Positions 40,101 through 52,160 of a stretch of 64,000 bases of DNA are shown here, in pieces. Both the position numbers and the translations under genes were made by a program. The first letter of the stretch is position 1; every line of letters starts with the position of its first letter. The DNA comes from Nemertoderma westbladi. Its lineage: Eukaryota > Animalia > Xenacoelomorpha. Under the pieces are notes generated by a model. The model made no database searches. It saw nothing but the letters and a program-made list of their open reading frames with translations, and was not told the origin of the DNA. The DNA is taken from positions 17,592-81,591 of the forward strand of contig JAUCBJ010000109.1 of assembly GCA_032718475.1 (NCBI GenBank). The letters run 5' to 3'.

Positions 40101-43100
40101 AAAAGTGTATGTGGATACACAAGTGTATGTGGATACAAGTGTGTATGTGGATAAAAAACTGTATGCGGATACAAAAGTGTATGTGGATACAAAAGTGTAT
40201 GTTGATGCAAAAGTGTATGTGGATACAAAAAGTGTATGTGGATACAAAAGTGTATGTGGATACAAAAGTGTATGTTGATGCAAAAGTGTATGTGGATAAA
40301 AAAGTGTATGTGGATACAAAAGTGTATGTGGATACAAAAGTGTATGTTGATGCAAAAGTGTATGTGGATACAAAAAGTGTATGTGGATACAAAAGTGTAT
40401 GTGGATACAAAAGTGTATGTTGATGCAAAAGTGTATGTGGATAAAAAAGTGTATGTGGATACAAAAGTGGTGGATACAAAAGTGTATGTGGATACAAGTA
40501 TGTATGTGGATAAAAAAGTGTATGCGGATACAAAAGTGTATGTGGATACAAAAGTGTATGTTGATGCAAAAGTGTATGTGGATAAAAAAGTGTATGTGGA
40601 TACAAAAGTGTATGTGGATACAAAAGTGTATGTGGTTACAAAAGTGTATGTGGATACAAAAGTGTATGTTGATGCAAAAGTGTATGTGGATACAAAAAGT
40701 GTATGCGGATAAAAAAGTGTATGTGGATACAAAAAGTGTATGCGGATAAAAAAGTGTATGTGGATACAAAAGTGTATGTGGATACAAGTGTGTATGTGGA
40801 TAAAAAAGTGTATGTGGATGCAAAAGTGTATGTGGATACAAAACGTGTACGCGGATACAAAAGTGTATGTGGTTACAAAAGTGTATGTGGATACAAAAGT
40901 GTATGTGGATACAAAAGTGTATGTTGATGCAAAAGTGTATGTGGATAAAAAAGTGTATGTGGATACAAAAAGTGTATGTGGATACAAGTGTGTATGTGGA
41001 TAAAAAAGTGTATGCGGATACAAAAGTGTATGTGGATACAAAAGTGTATGTGGATACAAGTGTGTATGTGGATAAAAAAGTGTATGCGGATACAAAAGTG
41101 TATGTTGATACAAAAGTGTATGTTGATGCAAAAGTGTATGTGGATAAAAAAGTGTATGTGGATAAAAAAGTGTATGTGGATACAAGTGTGTATGTGGATA
41201 AAAAAGTGTATGCGGATACAAAAGTGTATGCGGATAAAAAAGTGTATGTGGATGCAAAAGTGTATGTGGATACAAAACGTGTACGCGGATACAAAAGTGT
41301 ATGTGGTTACAAAAGTGTATGTGGATACAAAAGTGTATGTGGATGCAAAGGTGCATGTGGATACAAAAAGTGTATGTGGATACAATAAGTGTATGTGGAT
41401 ACAAAAGTGTATGTGGATACAAAAAGTGTATGCGGATAAAAAAGTGTATGTGGATACAAAAGTGTATGTGGATACAAAAGTGTATGTTGATGCAAAAGTG
41501 TATGTGGATAAAAAAGTGTATGTGGATACAAAAAGTGTATGTGGATACAAAAGTGTATGTGGATACAAAAGTGTATGTGGATACAAAAAGTGTATGCGGA
41601 TAAAAAAGTGTATGTGGATACAAAAGTGTATGTGGATACAAAAAGTGTATGTGGATACAAAAGTGTATGTGGATACAAAAAGTGTATGCGGATAAAAAAG
41701 TGTATGTGGATAAAAAAGTGTATGTGGATACAAAAGTGTATGTGGATACAAAAGTGTATGTGGATACAAAAGTGTATGTGGATACAAAAAGTGTATGCGG
41801 ATAAAAAAGTGTATGTGGATACAAAAGTGTATGTGGATACAAGTGTGTATGTGGATAAAAAAGTGTATGTGGATACAAAAGTGTATGTTGATGCAAAAGT
41901 GTATGTGGATAAAAAAGTGTATGTGGATACAAAAGTGTATGCGGATACAAAAGTGTATGTGGTTACAAAAGTGTATGTGGATACAAAAGTGTATGTTGAT
42001 GCAAAAGTGTATGTGGATAAAAAAGTGTATGTGGATACAAAAGTGTATGCGGATACAAAAGTGTATGTGGTTACAAAAGTGTATGTGGATACAAAAGTGT
42101 ATGTTGATGCAAAAGTGTATGTGGATACAAAAAGTGTATGCGGATAAAAAAGTGTATGTGGATACAAAAGTGTATGTGGATACAAGTGTGTATGTGGATA
42201 AAAAAGTGTATGCGGATACAAAAGTGTATGTGGATACAAAAGTGTATGTTGATGCAAAAGTGTATGTGGATAAAAAAGTGTATGTGGATAAAAAAGTGTA
42301 TGTGGATACAAGTGTGTAGGTGGATAAAAAAGTGTGTGCGGATACAAAAGTGTATGTGGATACAAAAGTGTATGTGGATACAAAAGTGTATGTGGATACA
42401 AGTGTGTATGTGGATAAAAAAGTGTATGCGGATACAAAAGTGTATGTGGATACAAAAGTGTATGTTGATGCAAAAGTGTATGTGGATAAAAAAGTGTATG
42501 TGGATACAAAAGTGTATGTGGATACAAAAGTGTATGTTGATGCAAAAGTGTATGTGGATACAAAAAGTGTATGCGGATAAAAAAGTGTATGTGGATACAA
42601 AAGTGTATGTGGATACAAGTGTGTATGTGGATAAAAAAGTGTATGTGGATACAAAAGTGTATGTGGATACAAAAGTGTATGTTGATGCAAAAGTGTATGT
42701 GGATAAAAAAGTGTATGTGGATACAAAAAGTGTATGTGGATACAAACGTGTATGTGGATACAAGTGTGTATGTGGATAAAAAAGTGTATGCGGATACAAA
42801 AGTGTATGTGGATACAAAAGTATATGTTGATGCAAAAGTGTATGTGGATAAAAAAGTGTATGTGGATACAAAAGTGTATGCGGATACAAAAGTGTATGTG
42901 GATGCAAAAGTGTATGTGGATACAAAAAGTGTATGTGGATACAATAAGTGTATGTGGATACAAAAGTGTATGTGGATACAAAAGTGTATGTGGATACAAA
43001 AGTGTATGCGGATACAAAAGTGTATGTGGATACAAAAGTGTATGTTGATGCAAAAGTGTATGTGGATGCAAAAGTGTATGTGGATACAAAAAGTGTATGT

Positions 43101-43524
43101 GGATACAAAAGTGTATGTGGATACAAAAGTGTATGTGGATACAAAAGTGTATGTTGATGCAAAAGTGTATGTGGATAAAAAGTGTATGTGGATACAAAGT
43201 GTATGTGGATGCAAAGGTGCATGTGGATAAAAAAGTGTATGTGGATACAAGTGTATGTATGGATACAAAAAGTGTATGTGGATGCAAAAGTGTATGTGGA
43301 TACAAAAAGTGTATGTGGATACAATAAGTGTATGTGGATACAAAGAGTGTATGTGGATACAAAGAGTGTATGCGGATAAAAAAGTGTATGCGGATACAAT
43401 AAGTGTATGTGGATACAAAAGTGTATGTGGATGCAAAAGTGTATGTGGATAAAAAAGTGTATGTTAATACAAAAGTGTATGTGGATACAAAAGTGTATGT
43501 GGATACAAAAGTGTATGTGGATAC
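37139..43524. repeat. 18-bp minisatellite (AAAAGTGTATGTGGATAC)n, ~350 copies, intronic
   Basis: Direct inspection; some 19-bp variants; lies within CstF-77 intron 34961-43575. Confidence 0.97.
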
Positions 43525-43575
43525 AGAAGCGTCTTTGGGTGGGGTGGATCTTACAAACTATAGTTTATATCTTAC

Positions 43576-43767
43576 GAGAGTTGGGTCGATATCATCTTGC
43601 TCAATAAGTTTACAGTAGATCTGATGGACTTTGGTGTACTTTAATCGGCCTTCCTCGTAATCCGCGTACGCGAAGTACATCACGGGATTCCGTTTAAGGA
43701 CAGTCGTTACAGCTCTCTCGTAAACGTTGGCAGCTTCTTCGGAGAATATCTTGGAACTGTTAATGTC
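43576..43767 (-). CDS. CSTF3: CstF-77 internal exon
   Basis: [64 protein letters not shown]; CAG acceptor, GTAAG donor. Confidence 0.92.
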
Positions 43768-44003
43768 CTGTTAATCAATAAACATCGTAACATGTTTACA
43801 ATTATGAGCTGAACTCGTAACGTAATAAAAGTTACTTGTTCTAGTATAAAAAATGTCAAGAAATATACTTTTTATTAAAATTGATGTTTATTAAATAATA
43901 TAACTTAAGACCCCCGCAACACTTTGCGGTGTAAATAATTTCTAACCACAGTGTTGCTAAATTATGCCCCAACACAAACCCGATAATATACTGAGCGACT
44001 TAC

Positions 44004-44129
44004 CCCTTTCTCTAGAAGCAGTTTACTTTGTGAGTCTAAGAAGAGGGATGATTCGTACCACAATTCCGGATGGTGTCCCAAACATAACAGCGCTTGCTCA
44101 TAAGCAAACATTACCCGGTGCGTGAATAC
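44004..44129 (-). CDS. CSTF3: CstF-77 internal exon
   Basis: [42 protein letters not shown]; CAG acceptor, GTAAGT donor. Confidence 0.92.
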
Positions 44130-44931
44130 CTGGTGTAAAGTACCGCAAATATAGGTGGACATTATTTGTGAATGAATACATGGTGAAAAGTAGACATGAT
44201 CATATCTTAATCACAATAATTACTCTAGCTAGCTACAGGGAAATCTTCTGCAAAGGGGGGGGGGGGGGGGGGGGGTTCACCCCGCCTTTTTCAAATTTTG
44301 TGAATTTTTAGACTGGGGGAACCACCCCCCCGCCCCCTAAACCTCGGAAGAAAAAACTAACAAAAACAACCAAAGACGCTTGCACATTGAAAGCGTTCAA
44401 CAAGCCAAATCAAAGAGCAGCTATGGTTTATAAATGCCTAATGCCTTGTTAAGCGATAAATCTGCATTTCTGGACAAACGAGCTGACTACCTATCAAGGT
44501 AAAATCCGATTCAGTAGCTGAACGAACGGTAGGCTAGAACTCACATTCAAATTCGAGACTCAACTTCATCGCACATAATGTGCCGGATCTGATATCACCA
44601 ATGGTGATACAAATTCTAGACAATAAAATATATTCTGACCAGCAGTAGGTGTGGGCGTTATAGGTAATAAGTTCGGCAGAAGATCTCCGCGTCCGCAAAG
44701 GGATAGTTCTCCACGTTCTCGAAATCGGAATAAAAGTCCACCTCCAATGAACACATACATAAAGCGGTTGGCCGGTTAATTATTTTCAGTCAAAGGCTGC
44801 GGTAGAGGATTCGGGACTTGAGAACTCACACTGTACGTTGCTATGGGCACATCCTCTATTTGTTCGTCATCCGTTGCTACGGATAACTACTTACCCTACA
44901 TGGTCGCCCGCTGCTATGAATACACCCCTAC

Positions 44932-45078
44932 CTGTTGGTCATCCGTTCGCAAGGGATTGCTCTTCTCCCACGCAATATATTTCTTCCACAGGGCCTTCTG
45001 ATTGGCCTCTTCTGGGGTGTTGTTAGGGGGGGTGGAGGGAAGATTGCGGTTGATACCTCTCATATGGGATTCACATTC
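44932..45078 (-). CDS. CSTF3: CstF-77 internal exon
   Basis: [49 protein letters not shown]; CAG acceptor, GTAGG donor. Confidence 0.92.
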
Positions 45079-45493
45079 CTGTAACACAAACAACCGATAG
45101 ATGGAGTACTAACTAACCGTTGACTCCTTACGGCCTATCACTATAAGTTCACGAGGAATAACAAACACATTATATTATTGAACTTGCTGTTAACATTGTT
45201 AATCGGTTTATTACAAGGTTATGCAGATTAGTAAAAGGAACAGGTTACAGACAGAAACCCAAAAAATTCAATTTCGCAAACCAGTTTGCCGCCCTTCGCC
45301 ACGCAATGAATACAGTTACCTACATTAGAGGTACACCGGTATTTGTTGTGGTAACTGTCAGAGTAGATAGATAATAAGTAAATACCTACCTGGTACCCTA
45401 TCTTGATTTTGTTGTGCTATATTTACTAATATTATTAATTTAGTTACTCCGACCGGGGGTGTAAAGAAAAAAAAATGTAATTAAATAAGTAAC

Positions 45494-45698
45494 CTTAGAA
45501 ACTTTTCTCGAATGATGATATTCTTTAACTCTGTCTTCTAGAACTCGTTTCGCCAGATTTGGGTTAACACTTTCCTCGAAGCTACAATAGTCTTTCCACA
45601 ACACCTCAATGGTAATCATCGGGGTATTAATTCCCCTTTGGTAGATTCGTCGAACAGCCGCTATACGCTGGTTTTCGGCGTAGGATCCAATGGCCTCA
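45494..45698 (-). CDS. CSTF3: CstF-77 internal exon
   Basis: [68 protein letters not shown]; phase compatible with the downstream exons. Confidence 0.9.
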
Positions 45699-47170
45699 CT
45701 GTAAATAGTGAAATAAAGCTAGTATTATTACATCTATTAATACCACGGACTATAATAATTAAGTTATAACGAATGGTTACAATATTACCGCCATCATGAC
45801 ATCCCAGAGTCGGGGTCATCCTCCTTGGGATCACGCGAGATAAACTCTGCGAGGTATTCATCACGCTCCTACAAGGTGACTCAGATTCTGTTTTAGGTCC
45901 ATTGTTGTCAGGAAGAACTCGTATGGCTCGTATAGTTTGTTACTTCATGTGGTAGTTTGTTTGTTAGATGTTTGTTTGGTCAAAGACGCGAATTGTATCA
46001 CTGGTAAGAGCCACGGTGTCTTTAAGTTTGCAAAAGATCACATTTTCAAATTACCTGCAGATACTCCACAGAACAATGTACATTACCACTAGGCGAAAGA
46101 GTTGCTCATTTACTAATTGGCGAGGCGCAGCAACTCGTTCTCGTGAACGGATGAAATAGTTGATGTGGTTCGCGAAGATCCCACCCCCACAACTTAGCAG
46201 AATATATAAACTTGTATAAGTTATTGTACCAAGTTATGGTATAGTTTTACCGTATTTACGGAATCATAAGCTTTCAAAAATATCGTACGACAATGAAAAC
46301 GACGACCTCAAAAAACAGGAGGGGAGTGAGACAGAAAACAACAGAGAACAAAGGACACAAAAGGGAAAACGGGATACAAATAAAATGGGAATTTGTTAAC
46401 GTACCTATCAATATCTCGCGTGCAACATTCTAATATGGCATTACGGTCACACTGAACTGTGGTGCAACGTACTATATACGGTTCAAAGCCGGTAGACAAA
46501 CTTTCTAAAGTTTTTCAATAAGTCAATGAAGAGCAGCGTAGTAAAATTATTCACATAGCCACCGCCACCATGACTGCGCTCAAGCAATGAGTTTTCTACT
46601 CAATAGGGGCGCTAAGAGTGAAAACGGTCAAACATTCAAAAGCAATGGAACCCCCCCCCCCCCCCCCCCCCCACCGCCGAATCGAGCACATAAACAATAT
46701 TTATCGCATTAACAACAAGCGCGCCTGTTAATAACCAAAATTGCACCAATATAGAAGATAAGGAATGTAACACACGAAGAAACAAATAATTATCAAACAA
46801 TTATTGTTGTAACAAGAATAATACACAGTAATCACTACAGGTCTGTAGTCTTGGATCATCTGACCAGTAAGCACCTGCAGCAGCTACCATCAAACAATAA
46901 GTGCCGCATCTGCAGCAACCATCAAACCATAAGTGCCGCACTCATTGTCCGTGTGGGAGTCAGTAGCCATAATAGTTGGTTCTAGACACACCCACACAAG
47001 GACATTTAGTAGAGGGGCTAGTACAATTACAACCGTTCGCTAATGGCATGCACATCTGGCTCGCCCCACAAATAAACTGCAGTATTTAGTCGATGGAGAA
47101 AAATTGCAGCAACAGTAATTATTATTGTAGGTATAGATTAGGGATCCCAGTAGGCCAAGATTGTAGTGAA

Positions 47171-47758
47171 CTAGTCCAGCAGGTTACCGGTAGTGGGCGG
47201 GGCACCTGTACTGTACTGGGCGCCGATATCGCATAGCAAGGCGAGGTCATCGGCTGCCGACCGGCTGGGAGGGTCTGCGGTATGTGGGCCGGCGTCCCCT
47301 AGCAACCCGGCGTCCCCTAGCAACCCCACGTCCTCCAGTAACCCGCTCCCCTCCACGACTCCCTCCCGCTCCCCATCCGAGCCGTCCACGTCGTCGCCGT
47401 CCTCTATCAACCCATCCGCGCTAAAGTCCGGTTTCTGCCCGTATTTGAAGGTCGTCTTCGAGAGATCCACCTCTATGGGAAACACATCGCCCTGCTCGCC
47501 CATGATTCTAGCGCAATCCCCATGGTAACAGGTCAAAGCGGAGATGAGACGTTGGAGTTGGTGCACGATGTCCTGCACGTGTTTCTGATCGAGCAACTCG
47601 AGTTTCTCCAGGACGTTGGATCGCATCTTGGCGAACCGAGAGCGGGCGTCCTGTCGGCAGCGGAGGACCAGTCGGTACTCGTAGTTGCCGGTCTCCACGC
47701 GGTACAACGGCTCCCCGAGGGCGGCGTACGAGTAATCCTCATCGTCAAGTTCCTTCAC
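47171..47758 (-). CDS. PICK1: PICK1 exon 2 (end of AH/BAR domain, acidic tail)
   Basis: VKELDDEDYSYAALGEPLYRVETGNYEYRLVLRCRQDARSRFAKMRSNVLEKLELLDQKHVQDIV...FPIEVDL; CGCAG acceptor. Confidence 0.93.
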   Translation of the reverse strand: MKELDDEDYSYAALGEPLYRVETGNYEYRLVLRCRQDARSRFAKMRSNVLEKLELLDQKHVQDIVHQLQRLISALTCYHGDCARIMGEQGDVFPIEVDLSKTTFKYGQKPDFSADGLIEDGDDVDGSDGEREGVVEGSGLLEDVGLLGDAGLLGDAGPHTADPPSRSAADDLALLCDIGAQYSTGAPPTTGNLLD

Positions 47759-48085
47759 CTGCGAATAATTAAATACGTCGTCATAGACACGCAACTCGTA
47801 ACTGAACGCAGACTCCTGATCAACTAAATATAAACACTTTATATACCGGTAATCGATCCGTTAAATGGGAATTTTTATAGATTCCTGAATTGCGAGAGTT
47901 TGGGCATCAAAAGTCATCCATTTTCATTTCCTTTTGGCAAAGAAATTTAGATTCATGTTTTAAAAAAATATTAAATTAAGTGATACTTTCGTATTATATA
48001 TTAAAAAACACAAGTTATTAAATTAAACGACAAATAATAAATATAAATAGTGTAATGAGCAATCGATTGTTATTGTTAACATTAC

Positions 48086-48871
48086 CTTGAGACAGTAACT
48101 GAGGTACTCGAACTTAATATCGAGGTACTTCCGTATAGTTAGCTTAGTATCGGGTATCGCCTTGTTGAGATACGTGCTGAGATCCGAGACCATCGGCTTT
48201 ATCGACTTGAGGAGTCGGGCCCCGCACTTCTCGATGCCCTGGTGGGCTTCGCCGAACTTCCGTAAGGCCTCGCCCGCGGCGGGCTGGGGGTCCCGGACTC
48301 CGATGGCGTAGAAGAGATCGCCGAACTGACGATGAGCCGAGATGACTCGGTAGTTGCAGCAGAGGATCTTACGGATGTGCTCCGTCAATCCCTTATATAA
48401 GTTGCCGTTCCGCTCTAGTTCCTGGAGTTTTTTAACAAGACCGTCGTTACATAGAATCGCACGACTCAACCCCAAAGCGTCGGCCGTAGACGAACTCATA
48501 TTCTCGACAACACGATGCTTAACTTTCTTCATTACAATGTCGAGCGTCTTCCCTTGTTTGGCGTCGACCGTGAGTTTATTATAGCCGATAACAACCTCTC
48601 CCTTTACTGACTGTATCATCCGAGCTACTTCCACCTTAGTTCTCCCTTTCACGGACTGCCCGTTCACGGCCAATATTTCGTCGCCCGACTGCAGTGTGCC
48701 GTCGCGTGCCGCTGGTGTGTGGTCGAACACTTGGACGACGTAGAGACACGGACACAGTGGGGCCCCGCCCCCGATGCTGATACCCACAAGGTTCTGGGCG
48801 TCCTTGTCTAGGGTTACAGAACCTGGGAGGGTCTTCATCCCCATAGAGTCTTCTTCAAACTCAAAATCCAT
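48086..48871 (-). CDS. PICK1: PICK1 exon 1 (PDZ + AH/BAR)
   Basis: KDAQNLVGISIGGGAPLCPCLYVVQVFD PDZ motif; ADALGLSRAILCNDGL; YLNKAIPDTKLTIRKYLDIKFEYLSYCLK followed by GTAAT donor. Confidence 0.95.
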
Positions 48872-49553
48872 CGTTTCTTTCAGTATATTTCTGTATTTGG
48901 AACCGGTCCGGTACGAAATAAAATTACTTAGGCCTACAGAAGAACAGAAGATGGCTTACAGGCTTACAGTGTTAAAGTAGGAGTTGGCTATACCAGTATA
49001 CTGCAGTACCGGTACTGATACAACGATATACCGGTACAGATATCATGTCAGTGGGCAGTGTCAGGGTATTAGTATGTTTGAACGACAGCCGGACAGGGTA
49101 TTACAGTTGTAAAAGCTTTTGTGGGATAACTGATTCGTTTGCCTTGCTGGCCAGTTCCCCCCGGTCGCTAGAATACTCTAAAAGGGATCTATAGCTAAAA
49201 TAGTGCAAGCTACCAGCTTATTGGCTGATGTGCTGTACGAAGGTATCTGGGCTCCGTTTAATCGGCCAACCAGCTTAGGGAGGTTGCCTCAGCCCTGCTG
49301 TCCGTATCGGCCAATAGAATTTGAGTGGGCGTTGATTTTGACCTATCCCAGAGCTACTGAACTGAATTTCCTATCTGTATGCTCATCCCCTGTGTTGGAC
49401 GGGAGCTTCGGGGAATAAGGGTAGTTGGTATCCTCGTATAGTCATCTAGTCATATGATTCTTCATATGATTCTGTTGTTATGTTCCCATTTTTCGCCATA
49501 ACACCGGCTTTTGGGAAGAACTCCAGTAAAACTGCTTAAATTATCGAAAGTAT

Positions 49554-50453
49554 TCAATTCAATTCAGTTTATTTTCCAATAATATTTCCAATAATAACAA
49601 TATACATACATACACAATGGGAATACTTAAATTGTTACAAATTGATAATTTTATTAATTTAGACGGATGGAGACAGCGTGTAGCACGGTGGTGCTAGTAA
49701 TCGCTGCCACCTTTAAGTATGGTGGTATGGCAATACAATAAGAGATAATATCCTTAAATTACAAGTATTGATCGGCAAGACAACGAGTTCTAAGAGTAAA
49801 GCAGGGCAATATTAAGAAAAAAGTGTATATAATATATTAGCGACCAATGATATAACTATGAAACCTTAAATGTTAAGATATTTATAATGTTAAATATAAA
49901 TACAGTAAAAGAAGTCGTGGAAGTCCTCTATACTGACGCGGCTTACTTAGAGGTGGAATGTTTTGATTGGTGGAATATTTGATGTAATTTAGATTAATTT
50001 TTTAATTTGGCTATTCAGAACCTAATGAGATAATATGATTTTAAATTTAATTTAAAGAGTGTTTAATTTAACTAATAGTAATATAAAATTTAGGGTGTTA
50101 ATTTTTACCGATAGTATACCAAAATTCAAATATTTATCCCCAGTATTAATCTGAATATTCAAGGACCCAATGGGCGAAAGCGTGACCCCGCGCCCGGGTA
50201 GAACATGGCATCCCACCGGATACAGGCGTGACCCCGCGCCCGGGTAGAACATGGCATCCCACCGGAGACAGGCGTGACCCCGCGCCCGGGTAGAACATGA
50301 CATCCCACCGGATACAGGCGTGACCCCGCGCCCGGGTAGAATATGGCATCCCACTGGATACAGGCGTGACCCCGCGCCCGGGTAGAATATGGCATCCCAC
50401 CGGATACAGGCGTGACCCCGCGCCCGGGTAGAACATGGCATCCCACCGGAGAC
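49554..50453 (-). mobile_element. LINE-tailed (CR1/L2-like) non-LTR insertion with 5' tandem monomers
   Basis: Minus-strand tail AATAAACTGAATTGAATTGA; RT-end-like FKLNLKSYYL; AGTAT duplicated at flanks; absent from the 3' LTR. Confidence 0.65.
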
Positions 50454-50455
50454 AG
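50181..50455. repeat. GC-rich 46-bp tandem repeat x6
   Basis: Unit CGTGACCCCGCGCCCGGGTAGAACATGGCATCCCACCGGATACAGG. Confidence 0.95.
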
Positions 50456-51285
50456 TATAACTAGTATAACTGTTACCTCACTCACTCACTAACTTACCTA
50501 ACTCACTTAATTTAACTGCACTAATCATATTGTTTGTACTGTTATTTACCGTCAGTTATTAATTGTATCGATTTGTTGATTAATTATTGCCCTTTGGAGA
50601 ATACGGATAAATCACCCAAAATTCCCAATTTTCTTGATACACTACAGGTTAGAGAGACAGGCTATATATAACAATTGCGATTTATATCAATGTGGTGTGT
50701 ATTGAATCTAATGTTATTTAGCAGACCCTACATGAGTCAATTGCCGCTCTCTTTATGTGTGATCAAATTTACTGACGGTCGGCAGAATAGTGTGCATGAT
50801 TGTGATTGGTAACAAAGCATTTCCTAAAGAATGCGCCTTATACTTTAATCATAAGCAGTATCGTTGCGTTTAGTATAAGTCCTAGTTCTGTTTAAATAGA
50901 TAGAGCGCCACGTCCTAAAGGAACTGTTAATATTTCCCGAAAGCCAATAATATCTGTCAGAAATTAACTATTAACGATCTATCGAATAATACAGTAGATT
51001 TACACTGCAACCTTACACTGCAATAATAAAATTTAAGCATCCGAATTCAGCCTCCCGGGTGTAGATCCATCGGGTGAATGATCGCGCATGGGCTGGCTTC
51101 GGCTAACGTTTTGTTTATTAGCATAAAATATTGTCGTATGCTAAAGGTGTTTTAATTAACTAAAAGACATATAAATTTTGGCAGGTTAAACTGCTAAAGG
51201 TCTTCAAAAGCGCGAACAGTAACAGTTATAGATCTTATTGCAGTAAGCAATAAGGTTGCAAAATACCGTAGTGATCGGTAAACCT

Positions 51286-51416
51286 GAACCGGTACTTCTG
51301 TAGGTCAGTAGGCCCAACTGTCAGAACCGGTACTGCTGTAGGTCCGTAGGTCCAACTGCCAGAACCGGTACTTCTGTAGGTCTGTAGGCCCAACTGTCCT
51401 AACCGGTACTGCTGTA
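51286..51416 (+). repeat. 38-bp tandem repeat (~3.4 copies) in the element leader
   Basis: Unit GAACCGGTACTTCTGTAGGTCAGTAGGCCCAACTGTCA. Confidence 0.85.
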
Positions 51417-51589
51417 TAAGTACATTAGTATTATTCGATTTTGATTATTGTATACCGGTAGGTCTTGGTACTTAATCAGGGAACGGCCGCCCTGATTTTT
51501 ATTTGAGATTCTACTTATTTCTGTCGGTTTTATTTACATGTAAGCTAATATTGAGCAGAAGGCGTGTGACCCTGCTCAAATTGTACAAA

Positions 51590-52160
51590 TAATTGTAGGC
51601 TTGACTGTTGTCTGACTGTTGTTGAGTCTGGAGAGACTGCGGCGTGTGTAGAGTTTGTCTGATAAAGTGCCGTTAGTAAGTTGGGGCAGCCATATGCTGT
51701 AAGGTCAATCCCCTCTTAAAGAATAAGTCGTACTACCGTGTTAGAACGCATACTAACTAACAGTTTCAGAATCTGCATATACTGTAGTTTATTTAGGCTT
51801 GATCGTGGTCTGCCAGCGTTTTGGCCTGTGTTTGTTTGTGTAGTCTGTTCAGGTACCGTAATAGTTATTACTCAAATATTTTGTAGGCTGGATTGTTGTC
51901 TAGCTATTCTTAGGCCTGAAGGGATTGCTGCGTGTGTAGAGTTTGTCTGATAAAGTGCCGTTAGTAAGTTGGGGCAGCCATATGCTGTAAGGTCAATCCC
52001 CTCTTAAAGAATAAGTCGTACTACCGTGTTAGAACGCATACTAACTAACAGTTTCAGAATCTGCACATACTGTAGTTTGTTTAGGCTTGATAGTAGTCTG
52101 CCAGCGTTTGGTTTGTATTTTTGTTTGAGTATTCTGTACGGGTAGCGTAATATTTATTAT
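51590..52160 (+). repeat. ~288-bp tandem duplication in the element leader
   Basis: GCGTGTGTAGAGTTTGTCTGATAAAGTGCC... at 51642 and 51930; outer limits approximate. Confidence 0.85.

Larger units (their letters stand above)
49108..51218 (+). repeat. 5' LTR, interrupted by a ~0.9 kb insertion
   Basis: Matches 61267-62472 except for the insert at 49554-~50462 and a few small differences. Confidence 0.95.

Noticed and set aside
37089-43618. Very long ORFs (up to 1385 aa)
   Set aside because: An 18-bp unit with few or no stops keeps all frames open; frames switch at 19-bp variants; the region is intronic
44255-44830. Poly-G tract and possible degenerate TE fragment
   Set aside because: No termini, TSD or diagnostic motif could be supported
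45790-46620. Additional nested gene or CstF-77 5' exons
   Set aside because: Some exon-like stretches, but no recognisable homology or consistent phase
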